Shown: positions 38,899 to 48,982, counted from the stretch's first letter. The stretch is DNA of 64,000 nucleotides from Ardenticatenaceae bacterium (GCA_020634565.1 JACKBN010000020.1:885-64884), one strand, 5' to 3'. Made by a program: numbers and translations. Notes: generated by a model not told the origin, from the sequence alone.

Positions 38899-40629
38899 TT
38901 ACATTGAGATGGAGCCTTTGCGGAAATCGGTCTTGCCAATCATGACGTTGATCAGGACGGGACGGCCGTTTTCTGCCACCGCTTTCCCCTGAGCCAAAAT
39001 CTCATTCAATTGCACTGGATCATCGACACAAAAACCATCGCCGCCGTATCCTTGGGCGACGACATGGTAGTTGGTTTGGGCCAGATCTGTGCCCAGCGGC
39101 GTGCCTAAAATTTCCACCTGGTCTCTGGCAATTTGCGCCCACGAGGCGTCGTTGCCAATCAGGGCAATAATGGCCACGCCGTGCCGGGCAAACGTGTCGA
39201 ATTCCGCCAACGAATACCCTGCGGAGCCATCCCCATAGAGCAGCCACACTTCCGCATCGGGACGGCACAGCTTGGCGGCCAGGGCAAAGCCACCGCCCGC
39301 ACCCAGCGTGCCAAAGGCGCCGGGGTCCAGCCAGCTCAGCGGCCCGCGTGGCCGCACGATGTAGCTGGCCGTGGCCACAAAATCGCCGCCATCGCCAATG
39401 AGAACGCTGTCTTCGGCAACGGCCGTTTCCAACTGCTGGCACAACCAAACCGGATTCACCAGCCCGGTCTCTTCTTCGGCTGTCTGGCTGATTTCAGCAT
39501 CCCGCGCGGCATCGCGTTCGATGAGCGTGTTGTGCCACGTTTGCCAGCTGTTGTCTGGCTGCCAGTTGGCCGCCAGCGTACGCAAAAATGCGCCGGGATC
39601 GGCGAGAATGCCGATGTCGGGCCGGCGGTTTTTGTTCAAATCTTCTTCACTTCGGTTGATTGAGATGTAGGTAGCCCGTTTGGGAATGGAACGGCCGTAT
39701 CCCAGTCGGAAATCGGCGGGCACACCGGCCAAAATAATCACATCCGCCTCGCGCAGCGCCTTGCTGCGCTTGTGCCGCAAATGCAGCGCGTCCCGCCCCA
39801 ATAATCCCCGGGCCATGCCAGAAAGGTAGGTGGGGATGTTTAGCTTTTGCACCGCTGCTTGCAAAGCGTCCCCCTGTGCGGCGTCAATCAATGCCTGGCT
39901 GCCGATGATGAGTAACGGCCGTTTGGCTCCGGCCAGTGCTTTGGCCACCTGCTGCACCTCGCCGCTGGCGGGTAGTGAGGGGATGACCAGCGGCGGCTCG
40001 CTGGCGCGCTGCTCCCAGGCGCGGCCAAACGTGCGGCGCAGATGGGTCTCAAAGTAAAGCGACATCGCTTTGCCTGCCAGCCCTTTGCCGCTGGAACCCA
40101 TCGTCCAGCTGCGCACCACATCCTCTGGGTAAAGCAAATCAATCGGAATTTCCAGGAAAACGGGGCCGGGCACGCCCTGCTGGCACGTTTGGAACGCTTC
40201 TTCGAGCAAAGGCACGATGTCGCGCACTTTTTTGGCGGCGCGTGCCCACTTGACGATAGGCCGCACCAGCGCCAGTTGGTCGATGTCTTGCAGCGCGCCA
40301 CGTCCTTTGAGCAGCGTTGCCGCCGAGCCGCCAATCAGCACCAGCGGCGATTGGGCCATTTGCGCATTTTTGAGGGCGGTGATCGTGTTGGTGACGCCTG
40401 GCCCGGCGGTGACGGCGGCCACACCGGGCACACCGGTTAATCGGGCCGTGGCGTCGGCGGCAAAAACGGCCGTTGCCTCATGCCGCACATCAATGACCCG
40501 GATGCCTTGTGCTTCGGCCCCCACCAAAATCGGCGAAATGTGCCCACCGCAGAGCGTATACAAAAATTGCACACCTTGCTTTTGCAGCACCTCGCCAACC
40601 AACACGCCACCATTCATTTCTACTGCCAT
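38899..40629 (-). CDS. Thiamine-pyrophosphate-dependent enzyme (acetolactate synthase / 2-hydroxyacyl-CoA lyase family)
   Basis: 576 aa. The TPP_N segment reads [16 protein letters not shown] and [14 protein letters not shown]. The TPP-binding segment reads [15 protein letters not shown]...[11 protein letters not shown]...NN-like. Confidence 0.8.
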   Translation of the reverse strand: MAVEMNGGVLVGEVLQKQGVQFLYTLCGGHISPILVGAEAQGIRVIDVRHEATAVFAADATARLTGVPGVAAVTAGPGVTNTITALKNAQMAQSPLVLIGGSAATLLKGRGALQDIDQLALVRPIVKWARAAKKVRDIVPLLEEAFQTCQQGVPGPVFLEIPIDLLYPEDVVRSWTMGSSGKGLAGKAMSLYFETHLRRTFGRAWEQRASEPPLVIPSLPASGEVQQVAKALAGAKRPLLIIGSQALIDAAQGDALQAAVQKLNIPTYLSGMARGLLGRDALHLRHKRSKALREADVIILAGVPADFRLGYGRSIPKRATYISINRSEEDLNKNRRPDIGILADPGAFLRTLAANWQPDNSWQTWHNTLIERDAARDAEISQTAEEETGLVNPVWLCQQLETAVAEDSVLIGDGGDFVATASYIVRPRGPLSWLDPGAFGTLGAGGGFALAAKLCRPDAEVWLLYGDGSAGYSLAEFDTFARHGVAIIALIGNDASWAQIARDQVEILGTPLGTDLAQTNYHVVAQGYGGDGFCVDDPVQLNEILAQGKAVAENGRPVLINVMIGKTDFRKGSISM

Positions 40630-40650
40630 ACCCTACTCCTTTGCGATTTG

Positions 40651-40719
40651 GAACACAGATAGACGCAGATTTCACGGATTTTTAGATTTATCTGTGTTTA
40701 TCTGTGGAAATCCGTGTCC
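40651..40719. repeat. Family D nonamer element between the TPP enzyme start and the kinase stop
   Basis: CACAGATAG ACGCAGATT TCACGGATT is followed by ATCTGTGTT TATCTGTGG AAATCCGTG. Confidence 0.7.
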
Positions 40720-40726
40720 TATTTTA

Positions 40727-41824
40727 TCATGCGGAGAGGGGTAGGGTGAGGGTGAAGCTGCTGCCCTGATTGAGTCCGGGGGAAACGGCCGTAACTTCCC
40801 CACCATGCGCCTTGGCAATCGCCCGCACGATGGCCAGCCCCAGGCCCGTGCCGCCGCTTTCCCGGCTGCGCGACGGGTCGGCGCGGTAAAACCGGTCGAA
40901 GACGTGGCTGATCTGCTCGGGCGTCATGCCGCTGCCGCTGTCCTGCACTCGAATTTCGAGCACCTCATTGACCTGCTCCACGGCCAACAAAATGTGGCCG
41001 CCTGCGGGCGTGTGGCGCAGGGCGTTGCCTACCAGATTGTGCAGGCTTTGGCGCAATCGCGCCTCATCTGCCTGAATGGGGGGCAGATGGCCGAGCAGTT
41101 CGGCATGCAGCTCCACTTCCTGCGTTTGGGCGATGGGTTGGAAGGCAACGGCCGTTTCCTTCACCAAAGTCGCCACGTCCACGGTTGCCATGTTTAGCGA
41201 CAATTGGGACGCTTCTGCCTGGGCCAGCTCGCGCAAATCGTCGATGAGGCGCGTGAGCAGGCGGGTTTGCTCGTACAGGCGGGCCACTTCTTCTTTTTCC
41301 AGCGGATACACATCGTCCAAAATGGCCCGCAAATTGCCCTGGATGACGGTGACGGGCGTGCGCAGCTCGTGGGCCACGTCGGCCAGCAGATTGCGCCGCA
41401 GCGTTTCGGCTTCTTCCAGCCGCCCGGCCATCTCGTTAAACGCATCGGCCAGGGCGACGATTTCTTCGCTGCCGCTGACCTGCACGCGCTGGCTCAGGTT
41501 GCGGCTGCCAAAACTGCGGGCGGCGGCGGCCAGTTTGTCTAACGGCCGTACCAGTGACCGCGCCAGAAAAATCCCCATCACCAGCCCCACCGTCCCGCCG
41601 CCGATGATAAAAATGGCAATCTGCCGTGGAATAAACTCGCGGAAAAACAGTTGGAACTGGGCCACCGTTTCGGCGGGCAGCGTTTCCAGCGCGGCAATCA
41701 GTTCGGGCGTTGGCTCCACCAGGTTAAACGTGCGCATCAAAGCGGAAAAGGTGAGCGGGATGAGCATCACCAAAAAAATGACGCTGACAAAGGCCAGAAT
41801 AAAGCGCGTTTGCAGCCGGTTCAT
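40727..41824 (-). CDS. HAMP-domain sensor histidine kinase
   Basis: 365 aa with two TM segments and a HAMP domain. The H-box reads [16 protein letters not shown], the N-box LVGNALRHT and the G box GTGLGLAIV. Its ATG overlaps the regulator stop (ATGA at 41821-41824). Confidence 0.88.
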   Translation of the reverse strand: MNRLQTRFILAFVSVIFLVMLIPLTFSALMRTFNLVEPTPELIAALETLPAETVAQFQLFFREFIPRQIAIFIIGGGTVGLVMGIFLARSLVRPLDKLAAAARSFGSRNLSQRVQVSGSEEIVALADAFNEMAGRLEEAETLRRNLLADVAHELRTPVTVIQGNLRAILDDVYPLEKEEVARLYEQTRLLTRLIDDLRELAQAEASQLSLNMATVDVATLVKETAVAFQPIAQTQEVELHAELLGHLPPIQADEARLRQSLHNLVGNALRHTPAGGHILLAVEQVNEVLEIRVQDSGSGMTPEQISHVFDRFYRADPSRSRESGGTGLGLAIVRAIAKAHGGEVTAVSPGLNQGSSFTLTLPLSA

Positions 41825-42534
41825 GGTTGCTCCACCAGGCGGTAACCCACGCCATAAACGGTCTGAATCAGGGAGGGATTTTTGGGATCTGGCTCAATTT
41901 TGCGCCGTAGATTTTTGATGTGGCTGTCCAGCGTGCGGTCCATGCCGATGTACTCTTGCCCCAGCCCGTGCTCAATCAGTTCGCTGCGAGTGAAAACGAA
42001 GCCGGGGTTTTCTAGCATGGTTTGCAGCAAGCTAAATTCGGAAGGGGTGAGATCGACGGCACGGCCGTTTACCGACACCGTGCGCCGACCTGTGTCCAAA
42101 TGAATCCCGCTGACCTGGAAGACGGCCGTTTCCAATCCCTCATCACTACTGATTAACCGGCTTTTGGCGCGCAGCTGGGCGCGGACCCGGGCCACCACCT
42201 CGGCCGGATTAAACGGCTTGGTCACGTAATCATCCGCGCCCAACTCCAGCCCCACGATTTTGTCGCTATCCTCGACTCGCGCCGTGAGCATGATGATGGG
42301 CATGGGTCGCAGCGTTTCTTCTTGCCGCACCAGCCGGGTGATGTCGTAGCCATCCATGTCTGGCAGCATCAGGTCCAGCACGAGTAAATCCGGCTTTTCC
42401 CGGCGCAGGCTGTGAACGGCCGTACGGCCGTCATGCGCCACCAGCACGTCAAACCCCGCCTTTTCCAGATACCCCCGCAGCAGCCGGGCAATCTCTTTAT
42501 CGTCGTCAACTACCAGAATTTGTTGCTTTTTCAT
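41821..42534 (-). CDS. OmpR/PhoB-type response regulator
   Basis: 237 aa. The receiver domain reads ILVVDDD, LLVLDLMLPDMDG and MLTAR. The winged-helix domain reads LTPSEFSLLQTM and VYGVGYRL. Confidence 0.9.
   Translation of the reverse strand: MKKQQILVVDDDKEIARLLRGYLEKAGFDVLVAHDGRTAVHSLRREKPDLLVLDLMLPDMDGYDITRLVRQEETLRPMPIIMLTARVEDSDKIVGLELGADDYVTKPFNPAEVVARVRAQLRAKSRLISSDEGLETAVFQVSGIHLDTGRRTVSVNGRAVDLTPSEFSLLQTMLENPGFVFTRSELIEHGLGQEYIGMDRTLDSHIKNLRRKIEPDPKNPSLIQTVYGVGYRLVEQP
42416..42431. repeat. Two abutting copies of the dispersed palindrome ACGGCCGT
   Basis: ACGGCCGTACGGCCGT lies inside the response-regulator gene and is read as D-G-R-T-A-V-H. It represents ~134 dispersed copies in the window. 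Confidence 0.95.
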
Positions 42535-42540
42535 GGTCTT

Positions 42541-42640
42541 TGTAATTTGGTAATTGAGTAATTGGGTAATTCACCCCTTCACCCGTTCACCTTGTCACCA
42601 AGCGTTCGAAGAACGCAGTCACCCCTTCACCTTGTCAAAA
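42541..42640. repeat. Family C octamer tract (plus GTAATTG heptamers) in the regulator/ABC permease spacer
   Basis: The tract reads GGTAATTGAGTAATTGGGTAATT, then TCACCCCT TCACCCGT TCACCTTG TCACCA. The small palindrome GCGTTCGAAGAACGC follows, then GTCACCCCTTCACCTTGTCA. Confidence 0.75.
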
Positions 42641-42645
42641 CTATA

Positions 42646-43866
42646 TCACTCATACCGCAGTGCTTCAATCGGCCGTAACCCAGCGGCCCGCCAGGCCGGA
42701 TAAATGCCAAACGCCAGACCCACGCCAGCAGCAAACCCGGTGGCCAGCAGCACCGTGCTCGCTTCGACAACCGGCTCGATATCCAGCGCCGGGCCGGTGA
42801 CAGAAGCAATCAGTACGCCCAAGGTGATGCCCAAAGCGCCACCCAACAGGCTCAGCAGCAGCGACTCCAGCAAAAACTGGGCGAGAATATCCCGCTTGAG
42901 GGCCCCCACTGCCTTGCGGATGCCAATCTCTCGCGTCCGTTCCGTTACGCTTACCAGCATGATGTTCATAATGCCGATGCCGCCCACCAGCAGCGAAATG
43001 CCGGCGATGGCGCCGAGGAAGGCCGTCAGCGTGGCCGTGACTGTATCAAAGGTGGCAATCAGGTCTGTCTGGCTGAAGATGGAAAAATCATCTTCGCCAG
43101 CGTAAGCAATGCGGTGTTCCTCGCGTAGAATGTCCGTTACCTGAGTGATGGCCGCATCTGTTTGATCTTCGCTGACAACCTGAGCCAGGATGCTGTTGAC
43201 CGCTTTGTCGCCGCTGCGGGTGCGCGTGGGATACAGGCGGCTTTGCGCCGTGGAGATGGGAATGTAGACCGTTTCGTCTGGGCTGTTGCCCAGGCCCAGG
43301 CCCTGCTGAGCCAAAACGCCCACCACTTCATAGCTGACGCCGCTGATTTTGACCGATTTGCCTACCGGGTACTCGTCGCCAAATAGCTCGGTCACCACGT
43401 TGGAACCCAGTACCGCCACGCGGGCGCTGGTTTCGATGTCGTTGTCGGTGAGACCATCGCCCGCCGTGAAGTCGGTCAGGTTGGTGAGGGCAAAGTAGTT
43501 GGCAGTGACGCCATTGACGGATTGTGAGGCAGAGCCGCCTGCGTAAACAATTTCTTGCTGCCCGGCAACGCTGGCACCCACCTGGGCAATGTCTGGCGCA
43601 TAGAGCGGGTCAGACAGCGCATCAACATCATCCAGGCTCAGCGAGGGCAGGCCGCCGCTGTTTTCTAGGTCGGTGCTGATGGTGAGCAGGTTGGAGCCGA
43701 TGCTCTGGATTTCACTGGTGACAGAGGCGCTGACGCCGCTGCCAATGGCCATCAAGGCAATCACGGCCGCTACGCCAATAATCACGCCCAGCATGGTCAA
43801 AATTGCTCGCATTTTGTTGGCCATCAAGCTATCAACGGCCGTTAAAAAACTTTCTGAAAGATTCAT
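42646..43866 (-). CDS. ABC transporter permease, MacB/FtsX type
   Basis: 406 aa. A MacB_PCD periplasmic domain lies between TM1 and the C-terminal FtsX region (GIGIMNIMLVSVTERTREIGIRKAVGA). Confidence 0.88.
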   Translation of the reverse strand: MNLSESFLTAVDSLMANKMRAILTMLGVIIGVAAVIALMAIGSGVSASVTSEIQSIGSNLLTISTDLENSGGLPSLSLDDVDALSDPLYAPDIAQVGASVAGQQEIVYAGGSASQSVNGVTANYFALTNLTDFTAGDGLTDNDIETSARVAVLGSNVVTELFGDEYPVGKSVKISGVSYEVVGVLAQQGLGLGNSPDETVYIPISTAQSRLYPTRTRSGDKAVNSILAQVVSEDQTDAAITQVTDILREEHRIAYAGEDDFSIFSQTDLIATFDTVTATLTAFLGAIAGISLLVGGIGIMNIMLVSVTERTREIGIRKAVGALKRDILAQFLLESLLLSLLGGALGITLGVLIASVTGPALDIEPVVEASTVLLATGFAAGVGLAFGIYPAWRAAGLRPIEALRYE

Positions 43867-43886
43867 GATTTCCTCTAAAAATTAGT

Positions 43887-43944
43887 CACAGATTTCGCAG
43901 ATTACACAGATTTTTGATACAAAATTGAATCTGCGAAATCTGTG
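43887..43944. repeat. Family D hairpin element between the ABC permease and ATPase genes
   Basis: A 17-bp perfect inverted repeat pairs CACAGATTTCGCAGATT (43887-43903) with AATCTGCGAAATCTGTG (43928-43944). Confidence 0.9.
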
Positions 43945-43946
43945 GA

Positions 43947-44615
43947 TTATAAATGCTCCACGATCACGCCGTCGCGAATCCAGATGGTGCGTTGGGCGTG
44001 TTCGGCCACTTCGGGGTCGTGGGTGATCATCACAATGGTCATTCCCTTGGCGTGCAGGTCCTTGAAGATGTTCAGGATTTCTTCACCCGATTGGGTATCC
44101 AGCGCGCCGGTTGGCTCGTCGGCCAGGATGATGCTGGGGGTGGTTGCCAGGGCGCGGGCGATAGCCACACGCTGCTGCTGCCCACCAGACAGTTCGTCTG
44201 GTTTGTGGTCGATTCGTTGGCCTAACCCTACGGCCGTTAATGCTTCTTTGGCTCGTTCTAAGCGTTCGGAACGGCCGTAACCGCCATACATCAAAGGCAG
44301 GGCGACTTGTTTTTCGGCCGTGGTGCGCGGCAGCAAATTAAACTGCTGGAAGACAAAACCAATGCGCTGGTTGCGTACTTTGGCTTGCTCATCGTCGCTC
44401 ATCTGGCTGACGTCGATGCCGTCCAGCGTGTAGCGCCCGCCGGATGGGATATCCAGACAGCCAATCACGTTCATCAGCGTGCTTTTGCCCGAGCCAGACG
44501 GCCCCATGATGGCCACAAATTCGCCTTCGTTGATGGTCAGGTCCACGCCGCGCAGGGCATGTACCATCATCTCACCCATCTCGTATGACTTGGTAATGTT
44601 GGTTAGTTCAATCAT
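43947..44615 (-). CDS. ABC transporter ATP-binding protein (MacB/LolD-like)
   Basis: Walker A reads GPSGSGKST, the signature [15 protein letters not shown] and Walker [10 protein letters not shown] prefer the start [11 protein letters not shown] at ATG 44615, because the ORF-track N-terminal extension reads through a repeat element. Confidence 0.9.
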   Translation of the reverse strand: MIELTNITKSYEMGEMMVHALRGVDLTINEGEFVAIMGPSGSGKSTLMNVIGCLDIPSGGRYTLDGIDVSQMSDDEQAKVRNQRIGFVFQQFNLLPRTTAEKQVALPLMYGGYGRSERLERAKEALTAVGLGQRIDHKPDELSGGQQQRVAIARALATTPSIILADEPTGALDTQSGEEILNIFKDLHAKGMTIVMITHDPEVAEHAQRTIWIRDGVIVEHL

Positions 44616-44638
44616 TTTACGTTCCTGATTCTTATCAA

Positions 44639-44678
44639 CAGATTTCACAGATTAAAAAGATTAAATCTGTAAAATCTG
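44639..44678. repeat. Family D hairpin element between the ABC ATPase and HlyD genes
   Basis: CAGATTTCACAGATT (44639-44653) pairs with AATCTGTAAAATCTG (44664-44678) at 14 of 15 positions. Confidence 0.85.
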
Positions 44679-44702
44679 CGAAATCTTTGATTCTTTCCTT
44701 TC

Positions 44703-46322
44703 TTAATTTCCGCTGAACGGACCATTACCGGGCGTAAACAAATCATCCACGGGAACGGCCGTTTCAATCAACAGTTCATCTCCAGCGGTTAAGCCGCTGG
44801 TAATTTGCGTATATTCATCATCGCGCAGGCCGATGGTCACTTCAATCACCTCGCCGTCGGCGCGGGTCACATAAAATTTGTCAGCGGCGCGATCCTGAGT
44901 GATGGCGCGGTTGGGCACCAGCAGCACGTCGCTGCGCTGGGCGGTGATCAGGTTCGCATTGGCCGTCATGCCGACGCGGATGGGCAGGTTGGTGTCGCCC
45001 AGCGCCAGGTAAACGGCGTAGGTAACCAGCCCGCTGCCCTGGGAAGCCGTGTTGCGTGGCGCAATCGAAACCACCGTGGCCTCAATTTCTTCGTCCGGCC
45101 AGGTTTCCAGGGTGATGACGGCCTGTTGGTCCAGAATGATGTTGCTGATGTCTACCTCGTCCACATCCAGCACCAGCTCCAGGCTGTCGGGATTAAACAT
45201 CTCGACCACCACGCCGCTGGCCTGCTCGCCGATGCTGACGTTTACGGCCGTAATCACCCCGGCATATGGCGCGGTCAACGTGGCGTTGGCCAGATTTTGC
45301 TCGGCGCGGGCCAGATTGGTTTGCGCCTGGATGAGTTGCGCCTCAGCAATGGCAATTTGCTCGTCGGAGGCGCCGCGCACCAGCCGATCCAGCGTGGCTT
45401 CCGCTGAGGCCAGCGTCGCTTCGGCCTGGGCAATTTGCACGTCGGAGGCGCCTTCTTGCACCTGTTGTAGACGCAGTTCGGCCGTTTTCAGTGAAGCTGA
45501 GGCCAGACTCACCGATGCCTGGGCAGCGGCAATCGAGTTTGGATCGCCGTTGAGCAGTTCGTTCAGCGTTTCCTGGGCGGCTTGTAGTTCGGCGTTGGCT
45601 TGCAAAGCGGCCGTTCGTGCCGCTAGTTCCATGTTCGCCAGCTGATCTTCAGAGATGTAGTCGTTTTCCGTTACCAAAACGGTGCTGTGCTGCTCGGCGG
45701 CTTGCGTAGCGGCCGTTTGGGCCAGTTCCAGCTGAATTTGGGCGGCGGCGATCGCTTCGGCATCGGCTGCGGCTCTCAAGTCAGACAGGCGAGCGTAGGC
45801 GGCGTTAAGTTCTGCCTGAGCCGCCTGGACATCGGCTTCGGCAGCAGCGATGTCGTTGGCATTGGGGCCGTCCAGTAAATCAGCCAGATTGGCTTCGGCG
45901 CTGGCGACGCTGGCTTCGGCGGCGGCCAAATCAGCCTCGGTGGCGGGTTCTTGCAGCGTGTCCAGGTTGGTTTCCTGAATGATGACGGCTTGGGTAGCAT
46001 TGGCGACATCGCGTTCGAGAGCGGCCGTTTCCAGCTGCAAAAGTGGTTGTCCGGCGGTGACGGAATCACCCACCGCCACGTAGATTTCCGCTACCGTGCC
46101 GCCGCGCAGCAGCGCGAGAGCGGCCGTTTGCTCGGCCTCAATGTTGCCGCTGGCGGTGGCGCTGGCTGATAAATCGCCGATGAAAGCGGTGACGATGTCA
46201 CCGGTTTGCGGCTCCTGTGCGGCGGCGCTGCGCTGTCCCTGCTGCACAAAAAACAGGGCGGTGATGAGCGCTAATGTGCCAATGCCAATTAAAAACCATC
46301 TGCTTCGTAGTAACTTTTTCAT
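44703..46322 (-). CDS. HlyD-family periplasmic adaptor subunit (copy 2)
   Basis: I prefer the start MKKLLRSRWFLIGIG at ATG 46322. The protein has a signal-anchor, a long Ala/Gln/Glu-rich coiled coil and a C-terminal beta-barrel (GMTANANLITAQRSDVLLVPNRAI). Confidence 0.85.
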   Translation of the reverse strand: MKKLLRSRWFLIGIGTLALITALFFVQQGQRSAAAQEPQTGDIVTAFIGDLSASATASGNIEAEQTAALALLRGGTVAEIYVAVGDSVTAGQPLLQLETAALERDVANATQAVIIQETNLDTLQEPATEADLAAAEASVASAEANLADLLDGPNANDIAAAEADVQAAQAELNAAYARLSDLRAAADAEAIAAAQIQLELAQTAATQAAEQHSTVLVTENDYISEDQLANMELAARTAALQANAELQAAQETLNELLNGDPNSIAAAQASVSLASASLKTAELRLQQVQEGASDVQIAQAEATLASAEATLDRLVRGASDEQIAIAEAQLIQAQTNLARAEQNLANATLTAPYAGVITAVNVSIGEQASGVVVEMFNPDSLELVLDVDEVDISNIILDQQAVITLETWPDEEIEATVVSIAPRNTASQGSGLVTYAVYLALGDTNLPIRVGMTANANLITAQRSDVLLVPNRAITQDRAADKFYVTRADGEVIEVTIGLRDDEYTQITSGLTAGDELLIETAVPVDDLFTPGNGPFSGN

Positions 46323-46335
46323 GAGATTATTCCTT

Positions 46336-47883
46336 TTACCCGCCAAACGGTCCTGGTCGGTTGAATTCTTCAGTTGGCTGGCTGCTGACGAGGCGCAAGA
46401 CGTCGCCTTCGACCAGGCCAGCGGTAATTTGCGTGTTTTCGCCGTCGCGCAGGCCAATCGACACTTCCACCTGGCGGAAGCTGCCGTCCGACTGCTGTAC
46501 ATCGACAAAATATTTGCCTGCGGCGCGGTCGGGCGTGATGGCGGCGTTGGGCACCAGCAGCACGTCTTCGCGTTGGGCTGTAATCAGGTTGGCGTTGGCC
46601 GTCAGGCCGATGAGCGTGGGCAGGTCGTCGGCCTGGTAAGCCAGGTGCACCTCGTAGGTGACCAGCGCGCTGTTTTGGTTGCTGGCGCTGGGGGCGATGG
46701 TCACGATTTCGCTGTCGAATTCGCGCTCCGGCCACGCTTCCAGCGTCACAATGGCGGGCTGACCGACGTCGAAGCTGCCAATGTCTACCTCATCCACACT
46801 CAGGACCAGCTCCAGGCTGCTGCTGTCTACCAGCTCCACCACGGGGCCGCTGGCAATTTCACCTTCGCTGACGTAAACGGCCGTTACTACCCCGGCAAAT
46901 GGGGCCACAATCGAGGCGTCGGCCAACGCTTCTTGCGCCTCAGCCAGCGTCAGTTCCGCTTGGGCGACTTCTGCTTCGGCAGCACGGATTTCTTCGGTAG
47001 TGGGGCCAGCCTGTAAATTGGACAAATTGGCCTGGGCTTGAGCAACGGCCGCTTCTGCATTGGCGATATTGGCGGCTGTGGCACCGGCCAGCGTGCTGTC
47101 CAGATCGATCTGGCTGCCAGCGACGCGGGCATTGGCGGCAGCGACGCTGCTTTGCGCGGCGTTGGTGCTGGGGCCAGCTTGCAGCGTATCCAGCTGCGCT
47201 TGAGCGTTGGCTACGGCTTGTTCAGCTTGCAGCCGCGCCTGGTGATTGGCCTCATTCGGGTTGTCTTCGTTGATTTCGATGGCGCGATCCAGCTGCTGCT
47301 GTGCGGCCAGCAAGTTTGCTTCGGCGGCGGTAATTTGGGATTGGCTAATGCTGCTCTGGCTGTTGTTCAAATCGGCAACGGAGGCATTGAGTTGGGCCTG
47401 AGCGGAGGCAACGGCCGTTTCGCCAAGTGCGATTTCTGTTTCTGTGGGGCCAGCTAACAGATTGTCTAGCTGAGTTTGGGCGCTGGCCAGGGCGGCCTGG
47501 GCGCTGGCAATTTCGGCGTCGGTGGCTGGAGCTAGCAAATTATCCAGACGGGCCTGAGCCAGCACCACCGTTTGGGCGGCGTTGTCTACAGTAAATTGCA
47601 AATCGGTGCTGTCTAGCTGGACCAGCAGATCGCCGGGCTGGACGACATCGCCCAGCCGCACGGCCACGGTGGTGACGCGAGCGGGGCTGCTGGCAGTGAG
47701 TACCGCCTCGCGCTGGGGCAGTACCTGCCCGCTGGCCGTGGCGCTGGCTGATAGATCGCCGATGGTGGCAACGGCCGTTTCTGTCTCTGGCGCGGCGCTG
47801 GAATTGGTGGCGGTGCAGCTAATCAGCAGCGCGGCCAAAATGGTGAAGACTGTGCCCAGGGCCAGCCATCTTTTTTTGTTCAT
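46336..47883 (-). CDS. HlyD-family periplasmic adaptor subunit (copy 1, lipobox-like LISC)
   Basis: I prefer the start MNKKRWLALGTVFTILAALLISCTA at ATG 47883. It is a paralogue of the downstream gene (GLTANANLITAQREDVLLVPNAAI). Confidence 0.85.
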   Translation of the reverse strand: MNKKRWLALGTVFTILAALLISCTATNSSAAPETETAVATIGDLSASATASGQVLPQREAVLTASSPARVTTVAVRLGDVVQPGDLLVQLDSTDLQFTVDNAAQTVVLAQARLDNLLAPATDAEIASAQAALASAQTQLDNLLAGPTETEIALGETAVASAQAQLNASVADLNNSQSSISQSQITAAEANLLAAQQQLDRAIEINEDNPNEANHQARLQAEQAVANAQAQLDTLQAGPSTNAAQSSVAAANARVAGSQIDLDSTLAGATAANIANAEAAVAQAQANLSNLQAGPTTEEIRAAEAEVAQAELTLAEAQEALADASIVAPFAGVVTAVYVSEGEIASGPVVELVDSSSLELVLSVDEVDIGSFDVGQPAIVTLEAWPEREFDSEIVTIAPSASNQNSALVTYEVHLAYQADDLPTLIGLTANANLITAQREDVLLVPNAAITPDRAAGKYFVDVQQSDGSFRQVEVSIGLRDGENTQITAGLVEGDVLRLVSSQPTEEFNRPGPFGG

Positions 47884-48187
47884 CGTGATGCTCCTCAAGA
47901 TTTCGTTGAGACCGGACAGGTTTACTGCGTTGGCTGCTGGAGAAGATATTTTGCTCGGCAAAGTTTCTGAAGTGAGACGTTGCTTTGTAAACCTGTCGGG
48001 TCTTGTAAATTTCGTATGATGAACAGTTTAGCGGGCGAATCTGGAGAAGTTATGGAGAAGTGTGGTAGATAGTTTGCAAATGATGCCGGTTGGGCGACAG
48101 CGTGAGAAGGGCAGCAACTGCCGGTCGCCGTTTGGGGGAAACGGCCGTAACCAATTCATGGTTTTCAAGTGCTCGGAGGTCACCAAT

Positions 48188-48232
48188 AGGGCGACGCACA
48201 TCTGTGGTGTTTTGCTACAAGTGCGTCGCCCT
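48188..48232 (-). terminator. Stem-loop just downstream of the SET-domain gene
   Basis: A perfect 12-bp stem pairs AGGGCGACGCAC (48188-48199) with GTGCGTCGCCCT (48221-48232) around a 21-nt loop. No clear U-tract. Confidence 0.4.
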
Positions 48233-48244
48233 GACTCAAGGTGG

Positions 48245-48841
48245 TTAGGCGGGATGGGTTGGGGTGTTGTGCAGGGCCTGAACGGAGCGGAAGTTGCCTA
48301 GCGCCAGATCTTGGGTAACGGCCGTTTGTGTTTCTTCGTCCAGGTAGCGCCAGAGGGGCTGTTCCAGACTGTTGAGCTGGCCCAGGGCGGCGCTGAGTTG
48401 GGCATCCCATTGGTGAACGAGGGCGGTGAAGTCAGACGGCCGTATGCTGCCACGGCAGGCCGCATGGCCACAGGCGCAGGGCATGTCGTAGGGCAGATTG
48501 AATTGGCCGTAATCATCGGTGATTTCTTCGCCTGGCTGGATGTCGCGCACGGCAATCTCAAAGCCGTAGCCGGTGCTCAGGGCATTACTCTGACAGCTGT
48601 GGTTTACGTATCGGGCAATGTCCCAGCTCAGCAGGCGAGAGCCGTCTTTTTCAACCGTGCTGTACTTGTCCAGAATGGGCTGGTAGATGTCGGCGGTAAG
48701 CAGGGGGTGGTCGGCGGGAAGAACAATTTCCAGTGCATCCTGGACGTAAACGATGGTGCCTTGGGGGATGAAGGTGGTGGCAAAAACGCCAAAGCCAATC
48801 GAGGGGCTGATGTAGCGTAATTCGGTTGCCGGATGAATCAT
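48245..48841 (-). CDS. SET-domain protein (putative lysine methyltransferase)
   Basis: I prefer the start MIHPATELRYISPSIGFGVFA at ATG 48841. Motifs are NHSCQSNA, GEEITDDYG and the post-SET-like Cys cluster CACGHAACRG. Confidence 0.75.
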   Translation of the reverse strand: MIHPATELRYISPSIGFGVFATTFIPQGTIVYVQDALEIVLPADHPLLTADIYQPILDKYSTVEKDGSRLLSWDIARYVNHSCQSNALSTGYGFEIAVRDIQPGEEITDDYGQFNLPYDMPCACGHAACRGSIRPSDFTALVHQWDAQLSAALGQLNSLEQPLWRYLDEETQTAVTQDLALGNFRSVQALHNTPTHPA

Positions 48842-48982
48842 AGAGTTGCTTGTCTTGCTCCTTGTTCTTGCAAAAGAACGAAAAAAGTTTCTCGCAGTAT
48901 AGCGCAACTGAGGCGCTTTTCAAGCAATTTGGACGCAACGGGAACGGCCGTTTTTGCGTACAGTTTGCCAGGAGTGTGAGAA

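Noticed and set aside
46323-46508. N-terminal extensions given by the ORF track for several genes. These are 44703..46508, 46336..47961, 15591..16097, 48245..48907, 43947..44648, 25911.., 50946..52145 and 4663..5295.
   Set aside because: The extensions overlap the upstream gene or read through repeat elements, and they translate to Arg/Ser/Cys-rich nonsense. Internal ATGs give canonical N-termini (signal anchors, Walker-type starts) and tight gene spacing or ATGA-type overlaps.
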